Source: the human T2T-CHM13v2.0 reference genome, Homo sapiens. Taken from it: a stretch of DNA of 64,000 bases. The DNA lies in the NCBI RefSeq assembly GCF_009914755.1, contig NC_060936.1; one strand, written 5' to 3'. Shown in pieces: positions 1-28,255 of this stretch. A program made the translations under genes and the position numbers. Within the stretch, counting starts at the first letter, position 1. Each line of letters starts with the position of its first letter. The notes under the pieces were generated by a model. The model was given only the letters and a program-made list of their open reading frames with translations, was not told the origin of the DNA and made no database searches.

Positions 1-57
1 TGTAATCCCAACTCCTTGACCATACTTGTTGGGACCAGAGTCGAAACTAACCCTACT

Positions 58-349
<292 letters not shown>

Positions 350-575
350 CTAATCCTACTAAGCCCAATCAGATTATTTCTGCCAGGATTTAAAATCAGA
401 ACATGAGAATCTGTCAGACTATACTATCCCTTGAATGAGGCCACATAAACTCAAAGACTGAGGATGGTCACCTTCCACCCTATGCAGAGAAAAATAGAGA
501 TGGTTGATGTGCAGAAAGAAGGAGCAGAGATACTGAGAGAATAGAGATGAGAGATGGTGTGGCATCTAAGAACCT

Positions 576-971
<396 letters not shown>

Positions 972-1085
972 TCAGGAATCAGCAAATGACTGCATTCAGG
1001 TCAACAATAGAGAGTGAATCCTAGGACTAACATAAGAGATATCAGAAAATATATTATTTCTTCCCCTGGCTAGTCTGGTAGAAGT

Positions 1086-2148
<1,063 letters not shown>

Positions 2149-2338
2149 TCAAAAGTGATTTTGGACCTCCAAATGTGACCTGAGGAACACCTCAGCTTGT
2201 GGGAGTTGATCAGATAACTCACTTTATTCTCCTGCTATTGGTAACTTAAAAAAAAGCAATGAGAGCTCCATCTTATAGATAAGACAAATTGAGGCTTATG
2301 GTGGTGATTTATCAGCTACAGTGACAAGATAAGAACTA

Positions 2339-2651
<313 letters not shown>

Positions 2652-3234
2652 TTAATTATAAGAAAGAAAAAATAAATAACTAGCAAGGGCACTCATATTT
2701 GATGCTCTGCTGAGCTCTTAAATCGCCTTTGTAAATCATGTATTATTTACCCACCTAGACACCTAAAAACAGAACTGGGGGCTCCTCAGAAGCCAAGAGG
2801 AGCAGCCCAAAACAGAGGAAAAAAGGCCAGGAGTATTTTTAAATTTTACATCTAGTTTAAATGATCAGGACTTGGATTATAGTGATACAGTGCAGGGACC
2901 TCATTAGTGACTGACTTCTAAAGCAGTACTAAAATTGTCCAAAAATGAAGAGTGTTCCCTCCACAGTTCCACGCACAGAATCAAATACCATGAGTAAGTA
3001 TGCAAATTAGCAGGTGCCCACAGGCCCAGGGTCTAAAGAAAATAAATCAAGCAGCTATCCTAAGATAACTTCCAATAAACTTTGCTTTTCCCTTTATTAG
3101 CATTCAGTTCAGTTGAGTTCAACAAGCACTTTTTGAATGCTTGCTACATGATGTGCAACGGGCATTGCATTTCCATTTGCATGATGGTCAGCTGTCACCT
3201 CATTTTCCCCTTTAAGCGCTTCCAAATAAAATAC

Positions 3235-3898
<664 letters not shown>

Positions 3899-4008
3899 AA
3901 TACTGTGTCACAAAATGTGAATGAGCAATGTTAATTTCACTGAAGTTTTTGAAAGGAAGGAAGAGAAGGTTGAGGTTACTCAACCCACCATAGACACCTT
4001 GAAATCCC

Positions 4009-4602
4009 TGTTGCAGGTTGGGTTCCTGGGAAGCTGACTCTGAGATGGAGATTAGCATGCAGGATGTTTATTAGGGAGTACTCTGGAATCCCAGTCCTTG
4101 GGAAGGTTGAGGAAGGAAGCAGGACTTACACGGGGAAGTTGAGCTGTGATGCAGCCGCACCAAAGGCTTTAGATGACCCCTCAAAAAGCTCTGCAAGGCT
4201 GGGCATGGTGGCCCACGCCTGTAATCCCAGCACTTTGGAGGCTGAGGCAGGTGGATCACTTGAGTCCAGGAGTTCAACACCAGCCTGGACAACATGGAAA
4301 GACCCACATCTTTACAAGAAAAAAAGTACAAAAATTAGCTGGACTTGGTGGCGCACACCTGTAGTCCTAGCTACTTAGGGGGCTGACGCAGGGGGATTGC
4401 TTGAACCTGAGAGATTTGTGTCCCCCGTTGATTACTGGTTGTGGGCCTCCCAGGAAGGGGGTGTGAACTTGAGTGAAGCCACTCACTTTAGCAAAGGCAG
4501 TCCCCAGAGGAGGCTGCCAGCCTGCAACACTCCCAGCATCTGGGAGAATAATCCTGCATCCTTGAAGGGGGATCTGGGTAGGGCACCATGGTGTCTTCAG
4601 CA
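4009..4602 (-). mobile_element. LTR16-family (ERVL) LTR interrupted by a partial Alu
   Basis: TGTTGCAGGTTGGGTTCCTGGGAAGCTGACTCTGAGATGGAGATTAGCATGCAGGATGTTTATTAGG..GGGGATCTGGG. Confidence 0.75.
4198..4410 (+). mobile_element. AluJ, 3'-truncated
   Basis: Left arm plus part of the right arm. Confidence 0.9.
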
Positions 4603-4834
4603 TCTCTTTAGTCATTCCTTCTGTTCTTAGTCATTTCTCTCCCACAGTTGTCAGAAGGGAGAGTTCCCTTTTGCTCTTGTCTCTTCACAGTGCTGAGGGA
4701 CCCTCACATTCCTTGCTCCCATTGAAGCTTTTTTCTCCAAACTTACAAATGCAAACCTATCTACAAAGAAAATGCCTGCACACCACCTCTGAGGTCACCT
4801 TCAAGGACATCTACTTAGAAGATATCAAAGGGAG

Positions 4835-4947
4835 TATTTATTTATTTATTTATTTTGAGACAGAGTCTCGCTCTCTCGCTTAGGCTGGAGTGCAGCAGTG
4901 CAATCTTGGCTCACTGCAACCTCCGCCTCCCAAGTTCAAGCGATTCC
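4835..4947 (-). mobile_element. Alu right-arm fragment
   Basis: (TTTA)n then GAGACAGAGTCTCGC. Confidence 0.9.
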
Positions 4948-5165
4948 AAAGGGAGTAATTAATAGCAACCGAGGTGTTTGTTAATGCTGCTTGTTGCATA
5001 ATGGAATGAGTGCTGGATTTTGAGTAAGAAGCCACAAATTCAAGTGCTAGTGCTACCTCGAGCAAACCACTAGTCTCTAAGAATGGGGGCAAGAACTTTA
5101 TCACTGATTATGGAGCACCTAGGATAGTTCCTTGCACAAAGCAGGCTTTAAATAAAGATTCCCCT

Positions 5166-5467
5166 GGCTGGGCACAGTGGCTCACATCTGTAATCCTAGC
5201 ACTTTGGGAGGCCAAGGCGGGTGGATCACTTGAGCTCAAGAGTTCGAGACCAGCCTGGCCAACATGGCAAAACCCTGTCTCTACTAAAATTACAAAAATT
5301 AGCCGGCGTGGTAGCACGTGCCTGTAGTTCCAGCTACCTGGAAAGCTGAGGCACGAGAATCAATTCAGCCCAGGAGGTAGAGGTTGCAGTGAGCCGAGAT
5401 CACACCACTGCACTCCAGCCTGGGCGACAGGGCAAGACTCCGTCTAAAAAATAATAAATAAATAAAT
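5166..5467 (+). mobile_element. AluS
   Basis: Full dimer with TSD. Confidence 0.95.
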
Positions 5468-5556
5468 ATTCCCTGAGCGCATGAAGGAAGGAACAAGCTT
5501 TGCCTAAGCTTTGATTCCCTTGGAATAATACCGAATTGGTAAGGGTAGGCCAGGTC

Positions 5557-5689
5557 GTGATTCCCAAAGTGTTATACTGGCACTAGCAGCAGCAGCAGCA
5601 CCCAGGAACTTGCTAGAAATGTAATTTATTGGACTCCACCCCAAACCTGCTGAATCAGGAACTGTAGAGAAGGGGTTCAGCATTCTCTG
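5557..5689. mobile_element. MER5A
   Basis: CAGCAGCACCCAGGAACTTGCTAGAAATG..CCCCAAACCTGCTGAATCAG. Confidence 0.7.
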
Positions 5690-5815
5690 TGCTATAGGCT
5701 GAAGGTCCCCTTCCCCTCAATCCATATGTTGAAACCTAATCCCCAATGTGATAGTATTTGGAGGTGGGGTCTCTGGAGGTGACTAGGTCAGAGGATGGAG
5801 CTCTCATGAAGAGGC

Positions 5816-6671
<856 letters not shown>

Positions 6672-7651
6672 CTAAGAGAAGGGACCTTATATGTCTCCTT
6701 TATCCCTGGAACCTAATCCCCTAGAACAATGCCCGAAGCATACATCTGCACCCTATAAATGTACATTGAATGAAGGGCTCGGGGCTCTGCTTCTCTTTTG
6801 AGGTATTGACACTGTGCTCTGTGGGAGGAAAATACCTTCTTTATAAACTAAAGATAACAATTTCTGCAGCAGCCACATTTTCACATGAAATCAATAGATC
6901 CAGAAATGAAGTGCATCTGGCAGCCATGTGGCGAGGAAGTGCCATTTTTAACAAAGGACTTACAGGGTCACTGTTTCAGCTGATACGCTTTGCAACCTCG
7001 CTGCAGATGCCTAGCAAAATATTGTACAAATGGCCAAATTATTTTTGCACATTACTACGTTGGAACTATGCACAATGTCCTCATAGTCATGTGTAGATGT
7101 GCTTTCAGGAAGAAAATAACATTTATTGTAAGTTTTTAGAATTTCTAATTTCAGAAGAATCACGAGCTCATTGCAGAAAATTTGGAAAATAGAGACAAGC
7201 ACAAAAGGAAACACCAATCTTGCGAACAGTGAAATATTTTGATGCGTGTACTTTCCAGCCTATTTCTATGAATGCCTTAAAAATGAATTTGTATTATATA
7301 AAATGTTTCAGAGTAGAATTTTTCACTTAGTGGCATATCATGGATATTATTATTTGTTTAATATTGTTCTATAAAATGTTTATATATTATAATCTAGTTA
7401 AATACTTTTAAATTATATAAAAATATCATGGTAAAAAATATTACATAACAGAAGAGCAGGAAGGAAAAAGAAACTTCGTAACACTTCTATCACTAAAGGT
7501 TTCTTGCATTGTACATCTTTCCAGAATATTCTAGGCTTTTATATACACAAAGGGAATCACACAATACTATTGTTCAACTTATTATTTAATGTTACAACAC
7601 ATCGTAAATATCTATGGCTGTATGGTGTTCTGTTATGTAAGTATGCAATAT

Positions 7652-7797
7652 ATTTTATTATTATTATTATTGTTTTTTATAAATAGAGACAGGCTCTTGC
7701 TTTGTTGCCAATTTGGACCTGAACTGAGCTCAAGTGATCCTCCTGCCTCAGCCTTCCAAACTGCTGGAATTACAGGATATGAACCACCATGCCTGGA
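7652..7797 (-). mobile_element. FLAM / Alu left monomer
   Basis: Single monomer with a (TTA)n tail. Confidence 0.8.
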
Positions 7798-8019
7798 AAC
7801 TTGATGAAAAATTCATATTTCTTAATTCTTTGATATTACATACAGTGATGAAATGTTTGCACTCTCACTCTATCTCTATATATACACACATATATTAAAC
7901 ATATATATATGTAACTTGTAAAATGCTTACAACAGTGCCCACATATAGTAACGTGCTGTGTGTGTGTGTGTGTGTTTCTTCATATATATTTGTAGGTAAT
8001 ATATATATGGAGATGATCA

Positions 8020-8349
<330 letters not shown>

Positions 8350-8683
8350 CTACCAAAATTTAAATTGCATATCTCCTTTGACTTAATTATGAATACTTTG
8401 CAAATCTACAGATTTTTAGGTACAAAATTAATAAGTTGATAAAATGCAAATTTAATAATATATTTTTAATTTTGTTAGATACTGCCAAATTGCCCTCCCA
8501 AAGCAGGTGCCAGCTTTCACTTTCACCGAGAGTATGACAGTGCCTATTTCTCTACTGTTTTGTCAACACTGGGTAGTATAAATTTTTTTAAATATTCATT
8601 AATCTAAAAGGTGAAAAGTTATATTCTATGGTATCTCCCTAATTTTTTTTTTGAGCCACTGCCCCTAGCCTTCATCTCTCTAA

Positions 8684-9057
<374 letters not shown>

Positions 9058-9726
9058 TAAATTGGGTCTATGTTAACAAAGTGGGCAACAAACAAGTAAT
9101 GAATTTGTCCATGAGTTCAACTTGTGTAATAAAAACGTTGAAAGGGAGCAAAGATAACAGGTGAAAGCAAGAGACTGTGTCACCCAAAATACTATCCTGA
9201 ATGCCCAGCTGCCTAGAGTTTTATCAGCACGCCATTTCGTGTTGTATAACCTAACGTCAGACACTATCCTTCACTATGGCACTTGCAGCCTTGAGCAGCT
9301 CCCTTAAATTTCTGTGCCTTGTTTTTCTTTCATGAACTGGGCAGGAGAAGAGGTATATTATTTCACAAGGGGGCTGTGCAAAGCAGTCCATGCACATCAG
9401 GCCCTGCAGAAAGGCTCAGAGCCATCTGCCCTCCTGATTAACATGAAGTCACTGAATGTTAAGTCGCAGACTCCAGCTCTGCCAACACTCAAGACAATCT
9501 CAAGACCTTAATAATCATCGTGCCTAGCACAGAATAGAAATGCGTGACTTGACTGGCTATGCAGTTTCCTACTGATAGCAGTAAAAATAAGAATGAGTTC
9601 TCCTCCTTCCCAATAAAAAAGCAACATATGAGATCAGGTTCCAGAGAGAAAACTGCCTATTAACTCCAGTAAACATTCTACTCCATTTTTCAGGTACTGT
9701 TTAACCAGTTTTAGAATTTCCTAAAC

Positions 9727-10630
<904 letters not shown>

Positions 10631-10944
10631 GCCCTCTTCTTCTGTTACTTTAAGGTTTTGTTTTTTGTTTTTTTAACGTACCGAGTCATAGTTGCAACAG
10701 AGAGGAAAAGGAGTTGACATTTGAATCCATTAGTTTTGCAGACATGCCAAAACACATTGAGGGAGCTAGGTGAAGCTATTGACTATGAAGAGGATGGGAC
10801 GATTGCACTTACCCGTGCTCTCAACCTAGCAGGACACACACACAAATGGACACACACACGCTTCTACATGAATGACTACATTCACCCAGTATGTTTGTAC
10901 TGATGATTGTTAAAATGCAGGAATACTTCCATACCAACTAATAA

Positions 10945-11257
<313 letters not shown>

Positions 11258-11435
11258 AATAGCTGCTACTTTCAAGACCTTATTCCTCCCTATCCACTTC
11301 CATGCCAGGACTACTCAGTCCCCCCGTGGAAGGACTCTCCCCACAAACCAGGCACAAGAGTATCTCAATCTTCTAAGTTCTCATGGGTCTGGTCAATGAG
11401 CCACACTGTTGTTAAATATTTTAAATAGCCCTTGA

Positions 11436-12123
<688 letters not shown>

Positions 12124-12408
12124 TCAAAGAAGGATTTGAAAAGTAAGTAGCCTTAAAGTAAACCCCCAAAAGATAAGCGGCTCTGACTAGGCAGGGAAAA
12201 TAAAGGCATTTTAGACATGGAGAATGAGCAAAGATAGAGGGGGGTAAACAGTGGGGACGAGGTAGTGGGTAGTATGATGTCATTACAGTGTGGGACAAGA
12301 AAAAGGTCTAAAAGGTGGATTGCAGCCAGGTCTGCAAGAAAATTGAATGTCACATTATATTTAGCCAGTATTACACTGTTTCTCAACGTATGGTCCAAGA
12401 ATGACCTA

Positions 12409-13067
<659 letters not shown>

Positions 13068-13169
13068 ACAAAAATGTTTTGCTTTTGAAAGCAGAAAAAA
13101 AACAAATAAACAGAAGAAGAATGAATCCAGTCTGGATTACAACGCAGTCATAAAATATTATTAAAAAAA

Positions 13170-13617
<448 letters not shown>

Positions 13618-13828
13618 TAGTATCTTTTACAGAAGATGGGTTCATACAGGCAACAAAAGTGCTTCAGGCCCACAAAAGTCATAATGTGGCCTTGAGTCCA
13701 CCCAAAGAGAGACGAATCAAAGCGTAGCTCAAAGAACTCTTGAGCTTCGCAGGTTTTTTTCGCATTTTCTATGTGTGAATTCCCTTTGGCAACCCTGTGA
13801 AGCTGAAGGACTCTTCTCAGAATAACGG

Positions 13829-14517
13829 GTTTTTTTGTGTGTTTTTGTTTTTGTTTTTGTTTTTGTTTTTTTGAGACGGAGTCTCACTCTGCCACCCAGG
13901 CTGGAGTGCAGTGGTGCGATCTCAGCTCACTGCAACCTCCGTGATATGGTTTGGCTGTGTCCCCAACCAAATCTCAACTTGAATTATATCTCCCAGAATT
14001 TCCACGTGTTGTGGGAGAGACCCAGGAGGAGGTAATTGAATCGTGGGGGCTGGTCTTTCCCCTGCTATTCTCGTGATAGTGACTAAGTCTCACAAGATCC
14101 GATGAGTTTATCAGGGGCTTCTGCTTTTGCTTCTTCCTCATTTTTCACTTGTCACTGCCACGTAAGAAGTACCTTTTGCCTCCCGCCATGATTCTGAGGC
14201 CTCCCCAGCCATGGGGAACTGTAAGTCCCATTAAACCTCTTTTTCTTCCCAGTTTCGGGTATGTCTTTATCAGCAGCATGAAAACAGACTAATACACTCC
14301 ACCTCCGGGTTCAATCGAGCCTGCTGCCTCAGCCTCCGAGTAGCTGGGATTACAGGTACACGCCATGACGCCCAGCTAATTTTTTGTATTTTTTTTAGAG
14401 ATGGGGTTTCACCCTGTTGGCCAGGCTGTTCTTAAACTCTTGATCTCAGATGATCAGCCCACCTCGCCCTCCCAAAGTGCTAGGATTACAGGCGTGTGCC
14501 ACCGCACCCGCTCCTGG
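13829..14517 (-). mobile_element. AluS split by THE1A
   Basis: Arms 13829-13941 and 14297-14517; TSD TCAGAATAAC. Confidence 0.93.
13942..14296 (+). mobile_element. THE1A solo LTR (ERVL-MaLR) inserted inside an Alu
   Basis: TGATATGGTTTGGCTGTGTCCCC...GACTAATACA with THE1A-type internal sequence; 5-bp TSD CTCCG/CTCCA. Confidence 0.92.
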
Positions 14518-14846
14518 TCAGAATAACAGCTTTAAATGCCAAAAAGAAAACACACAGGGTTACAAAGGAACCAATTATATTGAAATACAAGTTATCAAAA
14601 TACTTTACAAAACCAACTTGGGATATAGCAACATGGTTTTTATATTGCTATAAACAATTGCTATAAACACATTTTATAGCAATATGTGTCTCTATTAACA
14701 AGCTAAATAATAAGATCTAGCAGCAAGTCTAAAAACTGCCATGATTTTAAAGTAGCTATGAGCATTAATTTTGAGACATCAGCAGCAGCTGTACATGTAG
14801 TGTACAAATATCTGTGACTTCTACGGGTGACAAAATCACAGGCACT

Positions 14847-15083
<237 letters not shown>

Positions 15084-15192
15084 TCACAGGCGTGGTTTGT
15101 TGTCTGCATTCACAATGGAAGGAGAAATGCTGTCTTTCAGTTAGAATTGTGAAAATAGAGAAGTGATTTTCCCACGTTTTTGGATGTCTGAA

Positions 15193-15373
15193 TTTTTTTT
15201 ATTTTTTTTATTTTTTTGAGATGGAGTCTTGCTCTGTCACCCAGGCTGGAGTGCAGTGGCGCAATCTTGGCTCACTGCAAACTCCAGATGGTCTCGATCT
15301 CCTGACCTCGTGATCCGCCCGCCTCGGCCTCCAAAAGTGTTGGGATTACAGGGGTGAGCCACCGCGTCCGGCT
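15193..15373 (-). mobile_element. AluY/Sc with an internal deletion
   Basis: TGCAAACTCC joined to AGATGGTCTCGATC; TSD TGGATGTCTGA. Confidence 0.9.
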
Positions 15374-15747
15374 CTGGATGTCTGAGTTCTACCCACTGTC
15401 CCCTTTTGGGGGTTCATGGATCTGAATTAGGAACTTCTAGTTTAATGAGTGTTGGAGATGAGGTGACAGAGAGTGATCAGAGGAATAGGGACAGATCCAA
15501 GAAAAACGTGACCAAACATGCAAATGTTTCATAAGAGATGCCCTGAAGTGTTAAGACAAAGGGAGTGCACGGAGGGGCAACCATTGTCCCGACTAAACTA
15601 TCAGCCCCTTAAGGACAGGGATTGTGTCCTGTGTATTCCATGGACTGGGGTTGTAGATTCATAAGGACTCTATGAAATTAATGCAACCCATCACCACATT
15701 TATTTATAGACTGAATAAATGTTGCCTCCTGCACACCCACATAAGAC

Positions 15748-16068
15748 TTTTTTCTTTTTCTTTCTTTCTTTTTTTTTTTTTTTTTTTTTTGAGAAAGGAT
15801 CTCACTCTGTTGCCCAGCATGGAGTACAGCAGCATGATCACAGCTCACTGCAAACTCAAACTCCTGGGCATGAATGATCTTCCCACCTCAGCCTCCCGAG
15901 TAGTTGGGACTACAAGACCATGTCATCACACCTGGCTAATTTTTTATTTTTAGTAGAGACAAGGTCTTGCTATGTTGCCCAGGCTGGTCTCCAACTCCTA
16001 GGCTCAAGCAGTCCTCTAGCCTTGGCCTCCCAAAGTATGATTGCATGCATGAGCCACTGCACCCAGCC
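15748..16068 (-). mobile_element. AluJ
   Basis: Full dimer. Confidence 0.93.
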
Positions 16069-16189
16069 AAGAATTTTTCAAAGTGTGTGGATGATGTTAT
16101 AATAAATAAAACAGGAATCTGAAGAGTCCTTAAATCATGGTAGCTTTTAGTCATGTATTTTCTCAACCAGAGTGCTCTAAAATTACATG

Positions 16190-16520
16190 GAAACCATTGG
16201 ACCTTCAAGTACCCTGTTCCCTCAGCCTAGAGGGCTTAGCCCACTCCCTCCCCTTCCTTCTTTGCCAACTCTTACTCATACTTGAGTCTCACCTTAAACA
16301 TCACTTTCCCAGAGAGGCCTGTCTTGACTCTTTCCAAAAATTAGGTCACCCCATTACACATCACCATGGTCCTGGTCCCCTCCCCATCCTAGCCTACATC
16401 ACATGTGTAATTAATTACTTCTCTAATATTTGTCTTCCCTTTTTCCATGAGGATTAAGACTGTGTCTGTATTCCCAAGTCAGGAATAAATATTTGCAGAA
16501 TAGACGATGGGTGGATGGAA
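16190..16520 (+). mobile_element. L2 3' end
   Basis: AACATCACTTTCCCAGAGAGGCCT..AATAAATATTTG..GATGGGTGGATGGA. Confidence 0.6.
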
Positions 16521-16858
16521 GGCCCACTTGGGACAGGCACTTAAGGTGTAAGTAATCTGTTTAAATATTTTCATTCTTTCCCATCACCTCATCCATTTTC
16601 ACTCATTTTGCTTGAAACATGTTTTGTGAATTTCTCAGGTTTAATCCCCATTGCCAGAACACATTAACTTCAGGCTCCGAACACAAAGATTGTTGTCACT
16701 TTCAATTTGCCCCTCAGTGCATTTTAAAGAAATCATTCCCATGGTAGAAATTGGGAGAAAGAAAAAAAAACACACATGAGTGGGTTTGAGGTAGGAAAGT
16801 GTTGAGGAGGAGGGGAGGAGTGAGCGATGGGGAATCAATTTGATAGCAATCAGGGAGG

Positions 16859-18344
<1,486 letters not shown>

Positions 18345-18431
18345 TTATAGTCCTAGAAGTGTAATAGATTCATTAGGAATAAAGGTTTGATGATATATAA
18401 GACTGTAGTTTCCCCAAGTGATAGACACAGA

Positions 18432-19548
<1,117 letters not shown>

Positions 19549-20378
19549 GCTGACTAACACATCTTGACAAAGATGTAGAGAATTTATGTAATGACCAGGA
19601 GCACTGGTAAAATTTTGACTTGTAAATGTCTTGAGGAGAGAATCCCTGTGCAAACTAGATGGATCCAATTCCCCTGCGAGCCTACTGTGTAAATCCTGGT
19701 GTGACGCTTGCAAACTCAGTAGATGCAGCTGCCTCGTGGCCACCACACCGCCTCCATTCCTTTAAGGTTTTATACTTCCCCAGGCTTTCACAATCATTAT
19801 CTCATTTGCCTTCTGCCACATCCCAACCAGACAGAGAAGGAGATTTTACCATCCCCATTTCCAGGTGAGAAAATGAAGACACCATGAGGCTAGACGATTT
19901 TTTTCATGTAATTCAAGGATTTGAGAAGAGATCAGCTGTTCTCAAATTCGATCGGTCATGACCTGTGCCATGAGTGATCTGATGGTAATGGTTAAAGTAC
20001 CATTAGCTGGAGGATGATTCATATATTTTTAAATAATACATTATCCCTATACCAACCTAATTCTTGCCAGCATTTAATATGCTTTCCCTACCGGGAGAAA
20101 AAGGAGCAGAGTTACAGCTGGCATATTAAGACTTCCCCTGGGAGTGTTATGCATATGAATGCCTGACCATGTGCAGCGTAACAGAAAACAAGGTGGAGAG
20201 TCCATGGAATAGCCAGTTCCAAAAGCTGCTTCCAGCTCTACAATGGGATGATTCACCCAAAGTAAACAATGAGTTGATGGCATTCAAATCAAAACTAACC
20301 ACTTTTCCTTGTCCATGTATCTGACCAAGGATCACTCACTTCAAACAGTTGTAGGATGATTATAAAATGTGTCATCGG

Positions 20379-21076
<698 letters not shown>

Positions 21077-21238
21077 TAGGGAATGGAACACCAAGGCCAC
21101 ATATTAAACAGGAATTGTGTTGAGAAAAAACAGGACTTAAGTTACCCTAAGTCTATGCAACTCAGGAAAAGTAAATTTACAAAACCAGAAACCAACAGCC
21201 CTGCCCCTAGGAACATGATTCTGAAGGCAAGTTGGATA

Positions 21239-21690
<452 letters not shown>

Positions 21691-21896
21691 TGATCCCTGT
21701 GCTGGCCACAGAGCTGGGCCACCCACATGCCCCCTCAAGGGAGGACTTGCTGTCCAGGGACTGCAGGGAGTGCAGTCAGTAGACAGACTGCAGCTGTCAC
21801 CTCCTTCAAGGTCAGCCTCAGCTGTACAGCCCTGCCCAGCCCAAGGCCATGCCCTTCCCGAGGTAGCCTGCATCTGTTGACTGGGCAAGGAAAGTC

Positions 21897-22259
<363 letters not shown>

Positions 22260-22407
22260 TGACTTGGAACATTTTGACAGGCAGTGTCAAAGTGTTGCTC
22301 TGGAGCTCCCCTCTGGGTTAGCCAAAGCTTTGTCAAGCCTGCACTGTGGCTGGATATTTCTCTCTGCCCAATCCTGCTTCTTCTCATTTTTTTCATAGGG
22401 ACTGATT

Positions 22408-22900
<493 letters not shown>

Positions 22901-23356
22901 GATTGATTCCTAATGAGGATTTTGTACCCCAAACTCCATGTAAGCATCTGCTTCTAGAGAACCTAGCCCCAAACCATGCCTATGGGGAAACAGGGAGTTA
23001 AATAGAACATGTTCCTCAGAGATTCATGGGATGTAAAGCAATCCCTCAATTTCTAGCATATGAGATTCCTGGGGAGCTCACTTTCCAGCATTGCTGGTAA
23101 TTCTTTGCTCAATAGGGGTGTTATTAAGAACAATTTGCCAGGACATCTATAAGCAAAGATTAGGCTCATAAACAGACTGCCTCTGAATTGCCATTGGGTG
23201 TTCTTAGATGCTCATAGCCTGCTGGGTATACATTTTAAAGCACCATCTCTAGCTCTATCTTTAGTCCCTACCCCTCAGCTTGTGCTCATGAAATTAAGTA
23301 CATCCACATGATAGTAATTTCAAGGGCAACCTTGACCTTGCAAAAAATGCAATTCC

Positions 23357-23657
23357 GGCCAGGCACAGTGGCTCATGCTTATAGTCCCAGCACTTTGGGA
23401 GGCCAAGGCAGGTGAATCATCTGAGCTAAGGAGTTTGAGACCAGCCTGGGCAACACAGAGAGACCTTGTCTTGACACACACACAAAAAAAATCGGTGTGG
23501 TGGCACATGCCTGTTGTCCCAGCTACACAGGAGGCTGAGGTGGGAGGATCATTTGAGCCCAGGAGGTTAAGGCTGCAGTGAGCTGTGATCATGCCACTAC
23601 CCTTCAGCTTGGGTGATAGAGTGAAACCCCGTATCAAACAAACAAAAACGCAAAACA
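23357..23657 (+). mobile_element. AluJ
   Basis: Dimer. Confidence 0.93.
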
Positions 23658-23715
23658 ATTCCAGTATGTTGATGGATTTCTAATTGGTGGTCTAAGGGAG
23701 GCCTTACTGTATGTA

Positions 23716-24408
<693 letters not shown>

Positions 24409-24944
24409 ATGTAGGTCCTATAAGTCTCATTAATTCATTCAACACAAATTTTCTGGACACCTATACTATGTGGTAAACACTGTTCTAGGCACCGGGTTTA
24501 AGAAGTCAGAGGCCAGAGAGGACTGTGCCTCTGCATCTGTGTCTGGTCACAGAGTCAGTTTATAAACCATTATGTGTATCTTTGTGCTGCCTATTATTTT
24601 ACAGAACAATAGTCAAATGCTTTCGATGTGCTCAACACAATGCTAGGCACAGATGAATAAGGGTCTGTTCCAAGAAGACACAGAATGGGAGAAATGGTCA
24701 AAAATAAAGGTAAAATGTTACTCCTCACTAGTATTTATTTACTTATACCCTGTTGTGTTCCAGAAAAGATTTAAGGCAGCTTACAAGGATACATAAAACA
24801 TAGCTAGACAGCATAAATTATACATAAGAGAAGGAAGAAGAAAAACAAAACAAGAGTGAGGATTGAAATGGGGCCAGAGATGAGACTAACACAGGGATAA
24901 ATATGATCAGTTCCTCTGTGCTCATAGCCTGGTGCAATCACAGG

Positions 24945-25732
<788 letters not shown>

Positions 25733-25909
25733 AATGCACTATGCCTTCATCTGCTATTTAATGTAGAACTCCAGGCTCCTGCAAAGTTTGTTCCCTGTCA
25801 GAATTTCCAGGAATGCCCAGGAGAGGATCACACACAGAAACGAGTCTTGTCGGTCTCAGGTTTGTGGGTTTTTCCTCCTTTCCTCCTGTTCTGGATGCAC
25901 TGATATTAA

Positions 25910-26259
<350 letters not shown>

Positions 26260-26602
26260 TATTTCTGCTGGTTTTGACTATCTCAGTTGATTTCCACTTT
26301 ATCCAAAGAACATCTGCACCTCGTACCATTGGGTACCATCTTTGCTATCAGGCACTGTTGGCTTTTATTGGGTACTAACTGGCCCAAGATGCCAAAGCTA
26401 TATGACGTTCAATGGTGATGTTCAGTAGAGGGTACCCACACTGTGTTCTGCCATGTGGACAAGATGCCAGAACAACATTGCTTGGGGGCCAAAATGTAGT
26501 TTTCATTAAGCAATCCTGTTTTCATTAAATAACCCCTAATGTTCCTTTAATTTTTACTTACAGCCATAATCACATAAAACTCAAGCATGGGTTAGGCAAT
26601 AA

Positions 26603-28255
<1,653 letters not shown>

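Noticed and set aside
3000-3182. Two perfect octamer motifs (ATGCAAAT) in opposite orientation
   Set aside because: The same 8-mer occurs at several other AT-rich spots in the window and no SOX partner site adjoins.
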